Notes: generated from the sequence alone by a model not told the origin. A DNA stretch of 64,000 bases from Candidatus Latescibacterota bacterium (GCA_965222605.1 OZ244960.1:96001-160000); one strand, 5' to 3'; counted from the stretch's first letter, positions 49,096 to 60,304 are shown. Numbers and translations are program-made.

Positions 49096-52000
49096 CTATG
49101 CGTTAACCACTGCTTTGGGGGCAGAGAGCAATACCCTCCCTTTTTCCGTGTATTGGGCGCGATTGGCTGGGTCAACTGTTCGCCAGATCAAAAACTGTTT
49201 TCGCAACGCGTTCATAAAGCCCTGATTGACCCGCCGCCACGATGCCGCATCACCCGAAAGCCGATCTATCGTCAATGTCATCGAAAAAATATTGTGCTCA
49301 CCCATGGGCACGGCTTCAAAATGCACCTGTTGACTCACACCCAAATCATAAGGTGCCAACCAGATCTTCGTATCAATCGTATAGCCCGCGCCCGTTGCTG
49401 CTTCAACCGAACCAAACCGCGCGCCATCTGTATAAAATGCGCCCATGGACTCTCCCATGTGCGACTCGAAATAATCGACCAGAAACACCGACAAACCAAA
49501 TACATCTTTGCCACCCACAGTAAATGGAAACTCAAAATGCCAGTGATCGCCGTCAGGATCGGGCAATTTCCACCGACGCGTCACATCGGGCACGGCCATA
49601 AGTGACGCCTGGCGCGCGGGATAGAGCGACGACACCAAAACCACTACCATCACCAGCACCGAAGAAATCACCGTTGACAAAGCCGAATAATTCACATTAA
49701 GCCCTTGCAACAACCCCTGCCACAATAAAATTTTGATTACACCCTGACCGAGTAAATACCCCGATACAGTACCCAATACAGCATAAACACACGCCTCGGC
49801 AATAAACAAAAAGGAAATGTGTACAGGCGCCAATCCCACAGCAGAATAAATGCCAATCTCGCGGAAGCGCTCGTACACCGATCCCATCATCGTATTCAGC
49901 ACAATCAACGCAGCCACCAGAATGGGAACGAACAAATTAGCCAGGCCAGGCAATGGTCCCCACCCCATCGAACTGTAAATTGACACCTGGATTTTGCCAT
50001 CTGCCATTGGAATGCCCGCGTACACCACCACCGACAACCGCGATACATATTCTTTGACCTGTTCTTCGACATCTACGCCTTCGTGCAAACGAATCGCCAC
50101 AGATTGCAGCGGACTGCCCACTTCCCGCAATATATTATAGGGAATAATGATAATATCGTCGGGATCTATATGCTCGAATGGCATGTTCTCGAGTTGGGGT
50201 TGTTCCAAACCCTGTTTTTCGCGAGTCTCTTGCTGGGTCAGCCGGGAGACGATCTCATCATCCGTCAGCTTAAAATCCGCCGGACTCAACATCTCGCCAT
50301 CCAGATCCGGGTGATTGCGCATTTTTTCTGCATCGATCACCCCAACGACCTTCAACTGTTTGCCAAATAAGCGCACGCTCTTTTTGCCGACATCCTCGGG
50401 ACCCACCTCGAGCAACCCGGCCATCTTGCCGGGCAAAATACACGCGAGTTCCCCCTCTTCAAACCAGCGCCCATGACTCAACAAGGTATCGATTCTCGTG
50501 ACCGCGGGTTCATTGACCGCCAGTCCCAATATCCCCAACACTTTGGTCCTTTTTTCCGGCGTTTCAATCGGTGTCTTTTTCAAGTCTCGCGTAACATACC
50601 AACTGCGCGGCGCAATCTCACCCTGATCGAAAAAATTGATGCGGGCATAATCATAAGCCGTATCCTCCAGCGGTCCCCAGAACTGGCTGCGGATCAACAG
50701 CCCCGGATACTTACCTCCGGTATCCAGCGGAATTTGATAAAAATCGAGCGTCGTCTTAATCGACGTAAAGGACAATACGGTAAACGTCAACAAGACCAGC
50801 GTGGCAAATGTCAGGCCGGTGCGCATTTTGCGCTTTTTCATGTTCGCAATGCCCAACTGAAATGCCGCCACCGAAGCACTTATCCGCCCCACATCGGTAT
50901 CGTGTAACAACACCTCTTCTGTGCGCAGCTGCCGGATATTGTCGTGAAACCGCCCCGACACAATGGCAATCACAAAAATCGCCAGTGCTAAAATCACAAA
51001 AGCCAGCAAAATCACAAAGGGATTGGAAAGATCAAATGCGGGATGCACCTGCGAAAGCACGATCCAGATCACCATAAAAACCACACCAAAACCGCCGATT
51101 TGCAGGCGGATATCGGAAAAGGTAAAAAGCAATCGCTCGACAAAAAACGCACACGGAATGACCAGTATCATAAAGAAAATCACGCCGCGAATCACATCGT
51201 TTTGCGTTGCTTTCACATCTGGATATGCCCGCGATTCGAGGCCCATGCCCGCGCGCGTGTGTTTGACAAACAAATCCCATTTCTTGTCTTGCATCGACTC
51301 TTCAGCCAGATCCAGATGGTATTTGGCCTGTGCGTGCAAATTGGTCATCCGCTGGTTTTCAATCGAATACTTCGCCAATTCGCGCATTCGCGCCTCATTC
51401 AGCGTCCACATATCTTTTGCAGCCTGGAATGAAGAGTAAATAAAAGACCCGTGTTGCAAAGTCTGAAATCCATCGCCGCGCGCGACTTCCACGCTTTCCG
51501 CGCTTTTTGAGTTCAACAACATATAGCGTACGCCTATATCCAGTGACCTGCCCCCCAACCGCATCACAATTTTGACCCGTTCACCCGGTGTTGTAAAAAT
51601 GGTTCCCACCGGTTCTTCTGGACCAAAGCCAATGGCATAGCCGTATTCCTGCGGTGCTGTATTGCCTGGACCGAGCACGCTGATACTCGACAATTTGGTG
51701 AGATAACGGGGATCGACTGTATCGTAAAAATCCGTTGCAATACACGGGAACAAAATCCTCGTGCGCTTGGATATCCACCAGTCCATGTTAAACTCGCCCC
51801 GATAGATACGCGCCTGGCGACCGTGATTGGGCGCGTATGTAATTTCGCCGCTTTCTGGATCCATATAAAAAGCCTTCACATCCACGCGACGCTCGGCAAT
51901 CCCCGGCATGTAAAATTCGCCATCTTCGTCGGCAATATCGTAGTAGATGCGGCGCACGCCTTTGATCGATTTGTCAACACCCATGCGCAGAGAAGCCACA

Positions 52001-53643
52001 GCGCCGGGACGGGGGCGATCAGGAATAATGCTTCGCCGGGGAAATGTGCGCACAAAACCCTGTAACCCGCGCATGCGATCGTCGGGGTCCAGCTTGTAAT
52101 CGGGCAAAAAATCTTCGGAATGTAACCCGAGGTCAAGCACGCTGGCAAGCATGCGTATCTGCCCGGTGAGATTTTTGAAATTCACATGTTCGGGCTTATC
52201 CAGTGGGGTATCTACTCTGAAACGCGCGTCGTTGACCGTAATGAGCGACAGCGCTGGCGTGCCCGCTTCCAAAACGACCTCGCCGTCTGTTTTCAAGATT
52301 TTCCCCGGAATATACATATCCCAGTTCATGCCGCCTTTTGGATTGATCCCATCGATGAGGGCATCGGCGGGATCCAGGTCAAAACGCTCGGCTATCGCCT
52401 CTGAATAATGCACAAGCGATTTGCCAAATGGCGTGAAGAAACGCTTGTAATAATAATTGCGCGTGCTGTTCCAAACTCCGATTTCATCTGTCTGACTCGT
52501 CAAATCGAGAGAAATCAACAGTGGAAGCTCGAGAGGTTCGGTCATCAGTGCGGCAAAATGCTTTTCCTTGCGCGAATGCCTGCTCAAAAAATCGCAAATG
52601 CCCCTGAAGCCGAGATGGTGCGCGGAAGATGCGAGAAACAAAAGCGTGTGTTTGGGCGGGTACTTGCTAAAATATTCAGCCAACTTCATCATGCCCACAA
52701 TCCCACACGCCATCTCTGCGCCCGGCGCGCGTGCAGGCACTACGGACATCGCATCGTAATACGTATTGATCACCACGGTTTTTTCGCTCAATACGGGATC
52801 GGTTCCGCGAATCCAGCCCAAAATATTCCGCGTCTCTTTCTTTTCCCAATCCATTCGCGCTTTCAACGCAACATTGACCTGATCCTTTTGCGCGAGCAGT
52901 GCTTTGAGTTTTTCGCCGCTTTTCTTATCGATCCAGAAACGCTCAACACTGTTGGGCACCTGCAAAAATTTGGTTTCTGCCTGTGCGGTAAACGTGGAAT
53001 CGGGTTCGATAAACACAATCTGCTGCGCGCCGAGCATGGCGGCATTGAGCCAGTGGTTCCACGAATTAAATTCCATCAACACCACGGCACCATCTAACTC
53101 GCGCCCATTAAACGCCGCGAAATCGCCAGTGCCGCCCCACAAGAGATGCCCCTGTACGCCACCTGTGGGCAAAGTGGTCGTCTTGACCAGATTGGGCCAC
53201 AAGCCGTGAATGGCAAAAATCTCGCCTGTGTCTTCCACCGTCAGGGTTCCACCATAGTCTATGGGCACGGCCACGTCATACGTTTCGGCTTCTACGTCTT
53301 CCATGCCAAAACGCCGAAACTCAGAAATGATAAAATCCGCGGTTTTTTCATGGCCCGCATAACCCACCACGCGCGATTCGTGTTGCGTGAACTGATCCAT
53401 CAACGTGCGAATCCCATCTTCGCGCACAGCATCCAAAACCCGTGTGCCCACTTCTTCTGCACGCGGAACGGGCACGGGAGGAACTGCGCCGGGCATTTCC
53501 AATCCCAACAAAGCAGCTATATGGGGATTTACGCGATAGGGGCCGGCAATCAGGAGTGCCGTAACAAAAATCCCCAAACCGATGAGGCTCCATGCGATGA
53601 GCTTGTAATTTTTATCATCCATAGCGATGTACCCAATGTCCAC
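49096..53643 (-). CDS. M28 peptidase-like / FtsX-like permease fusion protein
   Basis: N-terminal PA+M28-like fold, central TMs, NMKKRKMRT.LT, VYERFREIGIYSAVGL.P FtsX motif; start could be 53622. Confidence 0.8.
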   Translation of the reverse strand: MDIGYIAMDDKNYKLIAWSLIGLGIFVTALLIAGPYRVNPHIAALLGLEMPGAVPPVPVPRAEEVGTRVLDAVREDGIRTLMDQFTQHESRVVGYAGHEKTADFIISEFRRFGMEDVEAETYDVAVPIDYGGTLTVEDTGEIFAIHGLWPNLVKTTTLPTGGVQGHLLWGGTGDFAAFNGRELDGAVVLMEFNSWNHWLNAAMLGAQQIVFIEPDSTFTAQAETKFLQVPNSVERFWIDKKSGEKLKALLAQKDQVNVALKARMDWEKKETRNILGWIRGTDPVLSEKTVVINTYYDAMSVVPARAPGAEMACGIVGMMKLAEYFSKYPPKHTLLFLASSAHHLGFRGICDFLSRHSRKEKHFAALMTEPLELPLLISLDLTSQTDEIGVWNSTRNYYYKRFFTPFGKSLVHYSEAIAERFDLDPADALIDGINPKGGMNWDMYIPGKILKTDGEVVLEAGTPALSLITVNDARFRVDTPLDKPEHVNFKNLTGQIRMLASVLDLGLHSEDFLPDYKLDPDDRMRGLQGFVRTFPRRSIIPDRPRPGAVASLRMGVDKSIKGVRRIYYDIADEDGEFYMPGIAERRVDVKAFYMDPESGEITYAPNHGRQARIYRGEFNMDWWISKRTRILFPCIATDFYDTVDPRYLTKLSSISVLGPGNTAPQEYGYAIGFGPEEPVGTIFTTPGERVKIVMRLGGRSLDIGVRYMLLNSKSAESVEVARGDGFQTLQHGSFIYSSFQAAKDMWTLNEARMRELAKYSIENQRMTNLHAQAKYHLDLAEESMQDKKWDLFVKHTRAGMGLESRAYPDVKATQNDVIRGVIFFMILVIPCAFFVERLLFTFSDIRLQIGGFGVVFMVIWIVLSQVHPAFDLSNPFVILLAFVILALAIFVIAIVSGRFHDNIRQLRTEEVLLHDTDVGRISASVAAFQLGIANMKKRKMRTGLTFATLVLLTFTVLSFTSIKTTLDFYQIPLDTGGKYPGLLIRSQFWGPLEDTAYDYARINFFDQGEIAPRSWYVTRDLKKTPIETPEKRTKVLGILGLAVNEPAVTRIDTLLSHGRWFEEGELACILPGKMAGLLEVGPEDVGKKSVRLFGKQLKVVGVIDAEKMRNHPDLDGEMLSPADFKLTDDEIVSRLTQQETREKQGLEQPQLENMPFEHIDPDDIIIIPYNILREVGSPLQSVAIRLHEGVDVEEQVKEYVSRLSVVVYAGIPMADGKIQVSIYSSMGWGPLPGLANLFVPILVAALIVLNTMMGSVYERFREIGIYSAVGLAPVHISFLFIAEACVYAVLGTVSGYLLGQGVIKILLWQGLLQGLNVNYSALSTVISSVLVMVVVLVSSLYPARQASLMAVPDVTRRWKLPDPDGDHWHFEFPFTVGGKDVFGLSVFLVDYFESHMGESMGAFYTDGARFGSVEAATGAGYTIDTKIWLAPYDLGVSQQVHFEAVPMGEHNIFSMTLTIDRLSGDAASWRRVNQGFMNALRKQFLIWRTVDPANRAQYTEKGRVLLSAPKAVVNA

Positions 53644-55606
53644 GTTCTGAGAACCAAATCATGTCAATACCCACTGACAAAGCCACACCGAGAATATATC
53701 CGACCAGCAAACCGATGAACAGGGGCCTGGATTTGCGATAAATCGTTGGGCCCCCCACTTTTATGATGACAAACTTAATCAACCACGCCAGAAAAGTTGT
53801 AAAACTGGTGCGACGGACCAGATAAGAACCCGAAATCGCCAGCCCCACGGGATGCAGAGGCCACCACGCAAAGCGATAGCGCATATAGATCAACCCAGCC
53901 ATCAGCAGACCGCCAATGCCAAAAAATGCCGCTTGTTCGGGATGTTCCTCATAAAATGGTGGCTTGTCGGGGTCTTTAATCACGTTAACCGTCCCCTGGA
54001 AGTGGCGTTCGGCTGCTCGCGTAATCTCCCAACTGTTGAAATTATAAGCCCCCTGATCGTACCCCAACCACACGGTGAACAGCATATTGAACAGCAAACT
54101 GACCATAAACACCAGCCCAATAGCACCCATCAGCCGCCGCCGCTGATTGCCGGGAACGCCCTCGGAGACGCGCCCTGCATGGGCAAGCGCGGGCAAAAAC
54201 AACCCCTTAAAATGCCCGGTAATCAAACCCGAATAGCGGTAAGCGACATGGGTGGCAAGCGGGATATTGCGCCGTCCAAAAAACGGTGCAACCATACTCC
54301 AGGCACCTATGGGCGTATTGGTAAATGGCATGCCAGTATCGGCGAGGATCTTCGCCATACCCGTATAGACAAAAACCACGGAGAGAAGGAGTAAAAATCC
54401 TTGCAATGGATCGAAATTCATCTGCGTCAGCCAGATAAACAAATACGCCATACTGCACAGCAAACCGATGCAAGCAGCGCGATAAGACATCAATTCCTCG
54501 GAGTCATCCACCGTTGGATCTCTTCCAAGTGCCTTCATCAACACATCGCGCAAATGTCTTCTCGCTACCCAGAATGTCGAACCCACAAAAACAATAAATG
54601 CCCCTGCAATCTGCCAGTAATAAACCCCCGTGCGATAATAAGGCGTGGTGGCTCTATAGCCCCACTTGCTGAGCTGACCGCCCTCAAAGATGAACAACAA
54701 ATCAAAAAACCAGATTGAAAACAGAACATCCAGGCTGGCAAAATAAGAAAAAAGAATGGTAAAAATGCCAAAGTATCCCCTGATAGGCGGCATTTGCCAA
54801 TCAATCCAGTACCAGCGCGACCGGTAAATGGGAAAACGCGGAAAGCCCGGCACAAAGTAATTGATACAATTCCAGGCCAGCACACCAAAAGCAATGGCAA
54901 ATCCGATCCAGAATAAGCGATTGCGCGTAAACTCGGGCAACCAACCCTCGCCATCGCCCGGTTCAGAAACAATATCGATCAACGGCGCCATCGCGGGAAA
55001 AACCAGGCGTTCGTTTTGCACCCACTGTTTTCTCAAAACCGTAGCGACACAGGCCAGCATCAAAAAAGCCGCCGCCACAACCGTCGTCCACCAGAACAAG
55101 GGCAATATCCACACGTCCCATGGAATCTCTGCACCGCTCGGCAAGCCTTCGTAAAACCACGCAACGGCATTGCCCTCGTGGCTCGGCAAGAGCCAATTGG
55201 GCAAAAGCGGATGCAAATGCTCAGCCCACTGATTTTCTTCCGTAGCAAAATAATAAGGTGCCGTGATATAGCCGATCAAATAACCCGTCAGTCCAAAACA
55301 CGGCAGTGCCGCGCCCACAAGGCCCATCGCCAGAATCGCATGCCATTCACCTGGTGAGAGCGCCCAGCCGGTCGCCCTGGCAATAATGGCGAGTCCGATC
55401 ATCAAAATCATCAACACGATCAGCATGGCCATTGGGATATGGCTATACGTCATCAGCGGAGCGTGCAAGACGTAGCGCACAAAAATAGCCAGCAGATCGA
55501 GGGCGACGACGAGAAATAGCCCCAATCCCACAGCGCGCAATGTTACCGCGGGTTGTGAACTCGCATCATCTGCTTCTGTCTGAATATTTTGTGTATCAAG
55601 GGCCAT
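53615..55606 (-). CDS. DUF6785/DUF6784-type membrane protein (putative transporter)
   Basis: LRKQWVQNERLVFP, FSIWFF, WWPLHPVG, PLFIGL motifs. Confidence 0.8.
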   Translation of the reverse strand: MALDTQNIQTEADDASSQPAVTLRAVGLGLFLVVALDLLAIFVRYVLHAPLMTYSHIPMAMLIVLMILMIGLAIIARATGWALSPGEWHAILAMGLVGAALPCFGLTGYLIGYITAPYYFATEENQWAEHLHPLLPNWLLPSHEGNAVAWFYEGLPSGAEIPWDVWILPLFWWTTVVAAAFLMLACVATVLRKQWVQNERLVFPAMAPLIDIVSEPGDGEGWLPEFTRNRLFWIGFAIAFGVLAWNCINYFVPGFPRFPIYRSRWYWIDWQMPPIRGYFGIFTILFSYFASLDVLFSIWFFDLLFIFEGGQLSKWGYRATTPYYRTGVYYWQIAGAFIVFVGSTFWVARRHLRDVLMKALGRDPTVDDSEELMSYRAACIGLLCSMAYLFIWLTQMNFDPLQGFLLLLSVVFVYTGMAKILADTGMPFTNTPIGAWSMVAPFFGRRNIPLATHVAYRYSGLITGHFKGLFLPALAHAGRVSEGVPGNQRRRLMGAIGLVFMVSLLFNMLFTVWLGYDQGAYNFNSWEITRAAERHFQGTVNVIKDPDKPPFYEEHPEQAAFFGIGGLLMAGLIYMRYRFAWWPLHPVGLAISGSYLVRRTSFTTFLAWLIKFVIIKVGGPTIYRKSRPLFIGLLVGYILGVALSVGIDMIWFSERGHWVHRYG

Positions 55607-55731
55607 GGGCGTGATTTTCGTGATACAAGATCAAATCCCTTAGAAAATGTGCGGGAATAATTAACCCTTGCCCTCTGCATTTGTCAAATGGTTTATCTGA
55701 TTCATGGAGGGAAAAAACATGTGCAAGAACC

Positions 55732-55760
55732 TTGACACCAATCATCTGTTTTGTTAGATT
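55732..55760 (+). promoter_or_regulatory. Sigma70 promoter of tRNA-Phe
   Basis: TTGACA-17bp-TAGATT. Confidence 0.6.
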
Positions 55761-55785
55761 TTCTGACCTTATCGGAAAATATGAT

Positions 55786-55861
<76 letters not shown>

Positions 55862-55915
55862 TTTTTTTCGTTGACCATACACAGACGTAGATTTGCTTGC
55901 AAAGTTCCCAAATAT

Positions 55916-55958
55916 AAAAGAGGGTGTGAACACTGAAAGTTCACGCCCTCTTTGTTTT
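55916..55958. terminator. Bidirectional intrinsic terminator
   Basis: AAAAGAGGGTGTGAAC-loop-GTTCACGCCCTCTTTGTTTT between tRNA and convergent gene. Confidence 0.8.
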
Positions 55959-55983
55959 ATAGTTATTAAAAAAATCGAAAAAG

Positions 55984-56772
55984 CTATAAACTTTGAGCAA
56001 CCCGAAACCCCACATAAAGGCTCCCGGCAAAGGTCCTGTGTTGGTCGCGAACAGCCGAGCGCTGGAAAAATCCTTCCAGGTACCATGCACCGCCGCGCAC
56101 CACGCGCGCAGTAGAGTCGCCGACCTCCCACGCAGATCCGTCATTGGGTGCGCCCACATATCTATTATTATAGCAATCCTGAGTCCATTCCCACACGTTG
56201 CCGTGCATATCGTAAAGCCCCCAACCATTGGCCTCGAACGATCCCACAGGTGCTGACATCTCATTATCCCACTGACTGCCGCACCCATTGCAATTGGCGC
56301 GGTTGCGACCAAGATTATTTCCCCAGCTATACCTCGTCACTGTTCCCGCGCGCGCCGCATACTCCCACTCTGCCTCGCTCGGCAAACGATAGTTTTTCCC
56401 TGTCTGCTCCGATAGCCATTCCGTGTACGCCACCGCATCATCCCATGTGATATTAATCACGGGACGCCGCCCCCGGCCAAAACCTCTGTCGTCTGCTCGC
56501 TCGCGCCCCGTCGCATCCGTGAAGAGATCGTACTCCTCAAACATCACTTCATATTTCGACAGCGCGAACGACTCAATCGTCACCTCGTGTACTGGTCTCT
56601 CGGCGTTAGTGCAACCTCTCCCCGACACACAGCCCATCTTAAAACGCCCCGCAGGAATCACCACCATCTCTGGCGGCTTAAAAGAAGCCACACTCTCCTG
56701 TGAAACTTGAGCGGATGTACCCGTAAATCCCAATAAGATTACAACGAAAACACTCCTGATAACTCTCCTCAT
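55984..56772 (-). CDS. Secreted FGE-sulfatase (SUMF1) domain protein
   Basis: Signal peptide, F.MG, RLPSEAEWEYAARAG, GLYDMHGNVWEW, GFRV. Confidence 0.92.
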   Translation of the reverse strand: MRRVIRSVFVVILLGFTGTSAQVSQESVASFKPPEMVVIPAGRFKMGCVSGRGCTNAERPVHEVTIESFALSKYEVMFEEYDLFTDATGRERADDRGFGRGRRPVINITWDDAVAYTEWLSEQTGKNYRLPSEAEWEYAARAGTVTRYSWGNNLGRNRANCNGCGSQWDNEMSAPVGSFEANGWGLYDMHGNVWEWTQDCYNNRYVGAPNDGSAWEVGDSTARVVRGGAWYLEGFFQRSAVRDQHRTFAGSLYVGFRVAQSL

Positions 56773-56856
56773 GATATATCTCCTGTCATTAAAGGCTCAT
56801 CACAATTAAGACATTAAAAAAATAAGACAACTTCTTATGGATGAGAAACATATTTT

Positions 56857-57585
56857 TCACCTTCCAATGGTCACATTGACCAGGGCACCGGGTCTGACAT
56901 GCTTTCCCGCATTCAAAAAAAGACCTGTTACTTTGCACGTCCCATTTTCTGGATCAATAACAGGACTGATCCCGACAATGCGCCCGGGCAGCGCGCGCTT
57001 TCCGCCGGCGGTTGGCACGGCAGACAGCGGCATATTCTTATGGATCGCGTTCAGCCTGTCCTCGGGCACAAACAGATGCACCTGAAGATTCATGGGGTCG
57101 ATGACCCGCGCGACCGCGGTGTAAGCCAGTACCCAGTCGCCAGGCTTTACATTGACCTCGACCACCATCCCGTCCTGGGGTGCAATGATTGCGGTTCTGT
57201 CCAGTTCCATGCGCGCGGTGACCCAGTTGCAGTGCGCGACCTCGGCATCGAAGCGGACATTTTCAAGCTGCTGGTCACTGATCAGCTTCTTATCGTGCAA
57301 CATTTCCAATCGCGCTTGCAGGGTCTGAGCCTTCTTCAGTGCAATTCGGGCCGCAGCTTCCTTCACACGCAGATCTCGGCGGGTTAATACCATGAGGGTA
57401 TCCCCTTTGACCACCCGGTCTCCCACCTGGAAGTTGACCTGCTGCATCCGCGCGTTCATCCCGGCATAGACAGTCGCCGATCGCGCAGATACTAAAGGTG
57501 CCCTCAATATCAGTTCTTGTGCATTGACCCTTGCGGCAATGAGCATGAAGAACAGACCGCATAGAAACATCGCGTTGTATATCAT
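56857..57585 (-). CDS. Membrane fusion protein (RND periplasmic adaptor/HlyD-like)
   Basis: Signal-like N-terminus, VGDRVVKGD, coiled coil, IIAPQDGMV, ISPVID, RPGA. Confidence 0.85.
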   Translation of the reverse strand: MIYNAMFLCGLFFMLIAARVNAQELILRAPLVSARSATVYAGMNARMQQVNFQVGDRVVKGDTLMVLTRRDLRVKEAAARIALKKAQTLQARLEMLHDKKLISDQQLENVRFDAEVAHCNWVTARMELDRTAIIAPQDGMVVEVNVKPGDWVLAYTAVARVIDPMNLQVHLFVPEDRLNAIHKNMPLSAVPTAGGKRALPGRIVGISPVIDPENGTCKVTGLFLNAGKHVRPGALVNVTIGR

Positions 57586-58775
57586 AGTTGGTCTCCTATT
57601 AGACGGATACGTAACACACCCCTGAATCGCACGTTTTTGCGTTTCAGGGCCTCGATCTCTTTCTGCTTTTCCGCCAGTTCTCTCTCTATTTGCCTCAGTT
57701 TCAGGTAATGAACGGGCGGATGCGCCATTTTTAAGTCCTCTATTTTTTCATAAAGCCCTTGCTCTACCCCTGATAAATCTTTTATGCGTTGTGAGAGGCC
57801 TCTAAAAATGGGCTGGAACCGCAAAATCTCCTCTTTCTGGGCAAATTTGAATTCAAACGCCCGGGTGGTGAAACTGACAGCACCGCCCTGGCGGTCTTCT
57901 TCCTCAACTTCAAAAGAAGCATCTGCCTCGAGCAGTCCAGATACAAAACTGTTTTTCGGGATCCGCTTTATCAGTTCCCGATAGGTCTCGTCTTTCAACC
58001 GGATCGTCTGTATTCTCACGGGGCGATCAGTTTCCTCCACGCGCACCTTATCCGGCAAAATGGCACCGTGTTCTCCGCAAGTCAGAACCCGCCCATCGAA
58101 AAAGATCCAGAACCAGGCGGGCCTGGCATCGAGGATCAGAGCTTTTCCACGCACCCTTTCGCGCGTGTGTCGCCATTGTCCTTCAAAATTCAAATAGGTT
58201 TCTGTATTGGCTCCCCGATAATCTGAGTATGCGGCCGAAGGCGTAGCCATCAGGTATCTAAATGATCGCCAGATACCGCCCATGTTCGATATGGGCATGA
58301 ACGCCAGGAGCAGTATTACAACCACGGCCAATACAGTACCCTCCCCCATGAGGGATCCGGTTTTGACCCTGTACCTCGCACTGCCGGGGAAAACGCAAAC
58401 CGCGGGATGGGGATAAAACAAGGGCACGCCGCTTTTGGTCGCACAATCGGCGATTAGATGGCTCATATAGCCTAATAGTATGGCTGCATAACACGCAGAT
58501 TGATAGGCGAGTAAAGGCAGAGTGACAACCGATAGGGCGAGCATACAGAGCAGCGAATGGGTAATTGAGCGGTGCCCCCATCGCCGCTCGATCGGGATGG
58601 AAGCAAGGGGCATCATCCGACCAATAGAACTTCTCGGCGAATCCACATCTGGAAGCAGGCTCCCTATGATCGCGCATGCGACCGCGGGAAGATTGCGGTG
58701 AATGGACATGGAAAAGAGCGAGAAGGAACTCGCCACAGTGAGCAGCCCAAATGCAATGTGTGTCGGTGCAGTCAT
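57582..58775 (-). CDS. YdjM-like membrane metal-dependent hydrolase with long C-terminal extension
   Basis: TH, GSLLPDVD, GHRSITHS, GYMSHLIAD..TKSGVPL; ATGA overlaps on both sides. Confidence 0.85.
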   Translation of the reverse strand: MTAPTHIAFGLLTVASSFSLFSMSIHRNLPAVACAIIGSLLPDVDSPRSSIGRMMPLASIPIERRWGHRSITHSLLCMLALSVVTLPLLAYQSACYAAILLGYMSHLIADCATKSGVPLFYPHPAVCVFPGSARYRVKTGSLMGEGTVLAVVVILLLAFMPISNMGGIWRSFRYLMATPSAAYSDYRGANTETYLNFEGQWRHTRERVRGKALILDARPAWFWIFFDGRVLTCGEHGAILPDKVRVEETDRPVRIQTIRLKDETYRELIKRIPKNSFVSGLLEADASFEVEEEDRQGGAVSFTTRAFEFKFAQKEEILRFQPIFRGLSQRIKDLSGVEQGLYEKIEDLKMAHPPVHYLKLRQIERELAEKQKEIEALKRKNVRFRGVLRIRLIGDQL

Positions 58776-60304
58776 CGTTTGAACCTGTACATAAAGAATC
58801 GAATGCCTACCAGAAGCGCGCTGCCGATACCAGCCAGCACATAGCCTTCCATACTCCCGATGCCGCGCATGAAGAAGCGCGCTGCGACCACGGCCAGCAG
58901 AAGCAGCACCACGGCGAACGTAAGATCGATCTGGTTTCGCGCGCCCGTGTGCAACACATCTCGCACCACGGATCGCGTCACGGCCGGTTCTTTGCGAAGC
59001 CGTTCCACAATCTCAATGATGGCGCGCGGATTCCCAGCACTCTGTTGCAAGATGTTCGTCTCCGTCATTCGGTAGTCTTCTATATTGGCGCCAGTAGTAC
59101 ACTGGCGGATGAGTTTTTTCGCGTCCGCGGTAGATAGGTACTCTATTTCTACGCGGTCGAACTTCCAGAAGTGTTTCTCGTGTGGCTTCCTGACTTCTGG
59201 CAGGGCCGCGATAATGGTAAACTTGCGGTTGAGTTTATCGATCAATCGCCCGACGGAGGCGGTCATATCCGCCAGATCATCAACGATTAACACGAACTCG
59301 TTTTCCTCCACTGAGCCGAGCACCATATCTGTCCAGCCCTGAATGGTCGTGCGGGTGTGTTGCTTTTTGATCCTTTCAAATTTGTCCGGACCAGCCGGAC
59401 ATAGCCTTCCTATTTTATGAAGCTCCTTCGCAATATTTATCAGGGCCTCTTTCGCCGGCGTCAGCGTCTTCACCTTGAGCACATTTTCTGCGTTGAGCAA
59501 CGCGAGCAAATGACTTTTGCCCACGCCGATCGGGCCGATCAATAGTGTGTCAATGCCCTTGCTCAAGTTGTCTTTGAGCTGGCGCAATTCCTCATCGCGG
59601 CCTACGGTCTGCTGCATCCCGATGCGTGTGTGCTTTCTCGGCCACGCGAAGAATCTGTAATTGCGATTCTTCTGGCGCGACCACCACCGCGACCACCGCG
59701 ACCTGCGATCGATGCGATCAACAGAACGCCGCTTTTGCTCGGCACTTACAGAAATGTAGATGGACGACGTCTCAAGGGACGCATGCCCCATCAGGTCTTT
59801 GATGCGCTCGACCGGCACATCCCGATCTGCCAGGTCAGTGCCGAAGGTGTGCCTGAGCATGTGTGGATGGACGTGGCGGATCCCCGCGCGCTGGGCGTAG
59901 GTCTTCATGGACGCCCACACGGTCTTGCGGCTGAGACGCTGCCCATTGCGGAGGTTGCAAAAGACATATTCGGAATCTGAAAAATGACGGGACTCCAGCC
60001 ACTCGCGGAGGACGTCCTGCACCTCGAGGTTCATCGGTACAACCCGCTCTTTGCCGCGCTTATCCGTAAAGCGAAGGCTCGGTGTGCCCGTTGACCAGTC
60101 AATGTTGTCAATCGTGAGCGAACACGCTTCGGATACGCGCAGACCACACATCGAGAGAACGGCAATCAGCGCGCGATCGCGCGGGTTCATGCGTACGGAT
60201 TTGAGCGCTTCAAGCTCGTCTTGCGCGAGAGCTTTAGGGAGCTTCTGTGATGGGACTTTACGGGATGGTACTGCTGGACGGGTTGTGGGTGACTGGTGAA
60301 CCAT
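58772..60304 (-). CDS. Tyrosine recombinase catalytic domain fused to P-loop ATPase and two C-terminal TM helices
   Basis: GLRVSE, K, HMLRH, LMGH, IY catalytic set; VGRDEE, GPIGVGKS, LIVDD, GNPR; hydrophobic C-terminus. Confidence 0.9.
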   Translation of the reverse strand: MVHQSPTTRPAVPSRKVPSQKLPKALAQDELEALKSVRMNPRDRALIAVLSMCGLRVSEACSLTIDNIDWSTGTPSLRFTDKRGKERVVPMNLEVQDVLREWLESRHFSDSEYVFCNLRNGQRLSRKTVWASMKTYAQRAGIRHVHPHMLRHTFGTDLADRDVPVERIKDLMGHASLETSSIYISVSAEQKRRSVDRIDRRSRWSRWWSRQKNRNYRFFAWPRKHTRIGMQQTVGRDEELRQLKDNLSKGIDTLLIGPIGVGKSHLLALLNAENVLKVKTLTPAKEALINIAKELHKIGRLCPAGPDKFERIKKQHTRTTIQGWTDMVLGSVEENEFVLIVDDLADMTASVGRLIDKLNRKFTIIAALPEVRKPHEKHFWKFDRVEIEYLSTADAKKLIRQCTTGANIEDYRMTETNILQQSAGNPRAIIEIVERLRKEPAVTRSVVRDVLHTGARNQIDLTFAVVLLLLAVVAARFFMRGIGSMEGYVLAGIGSALLVGIRFFMYRFKR

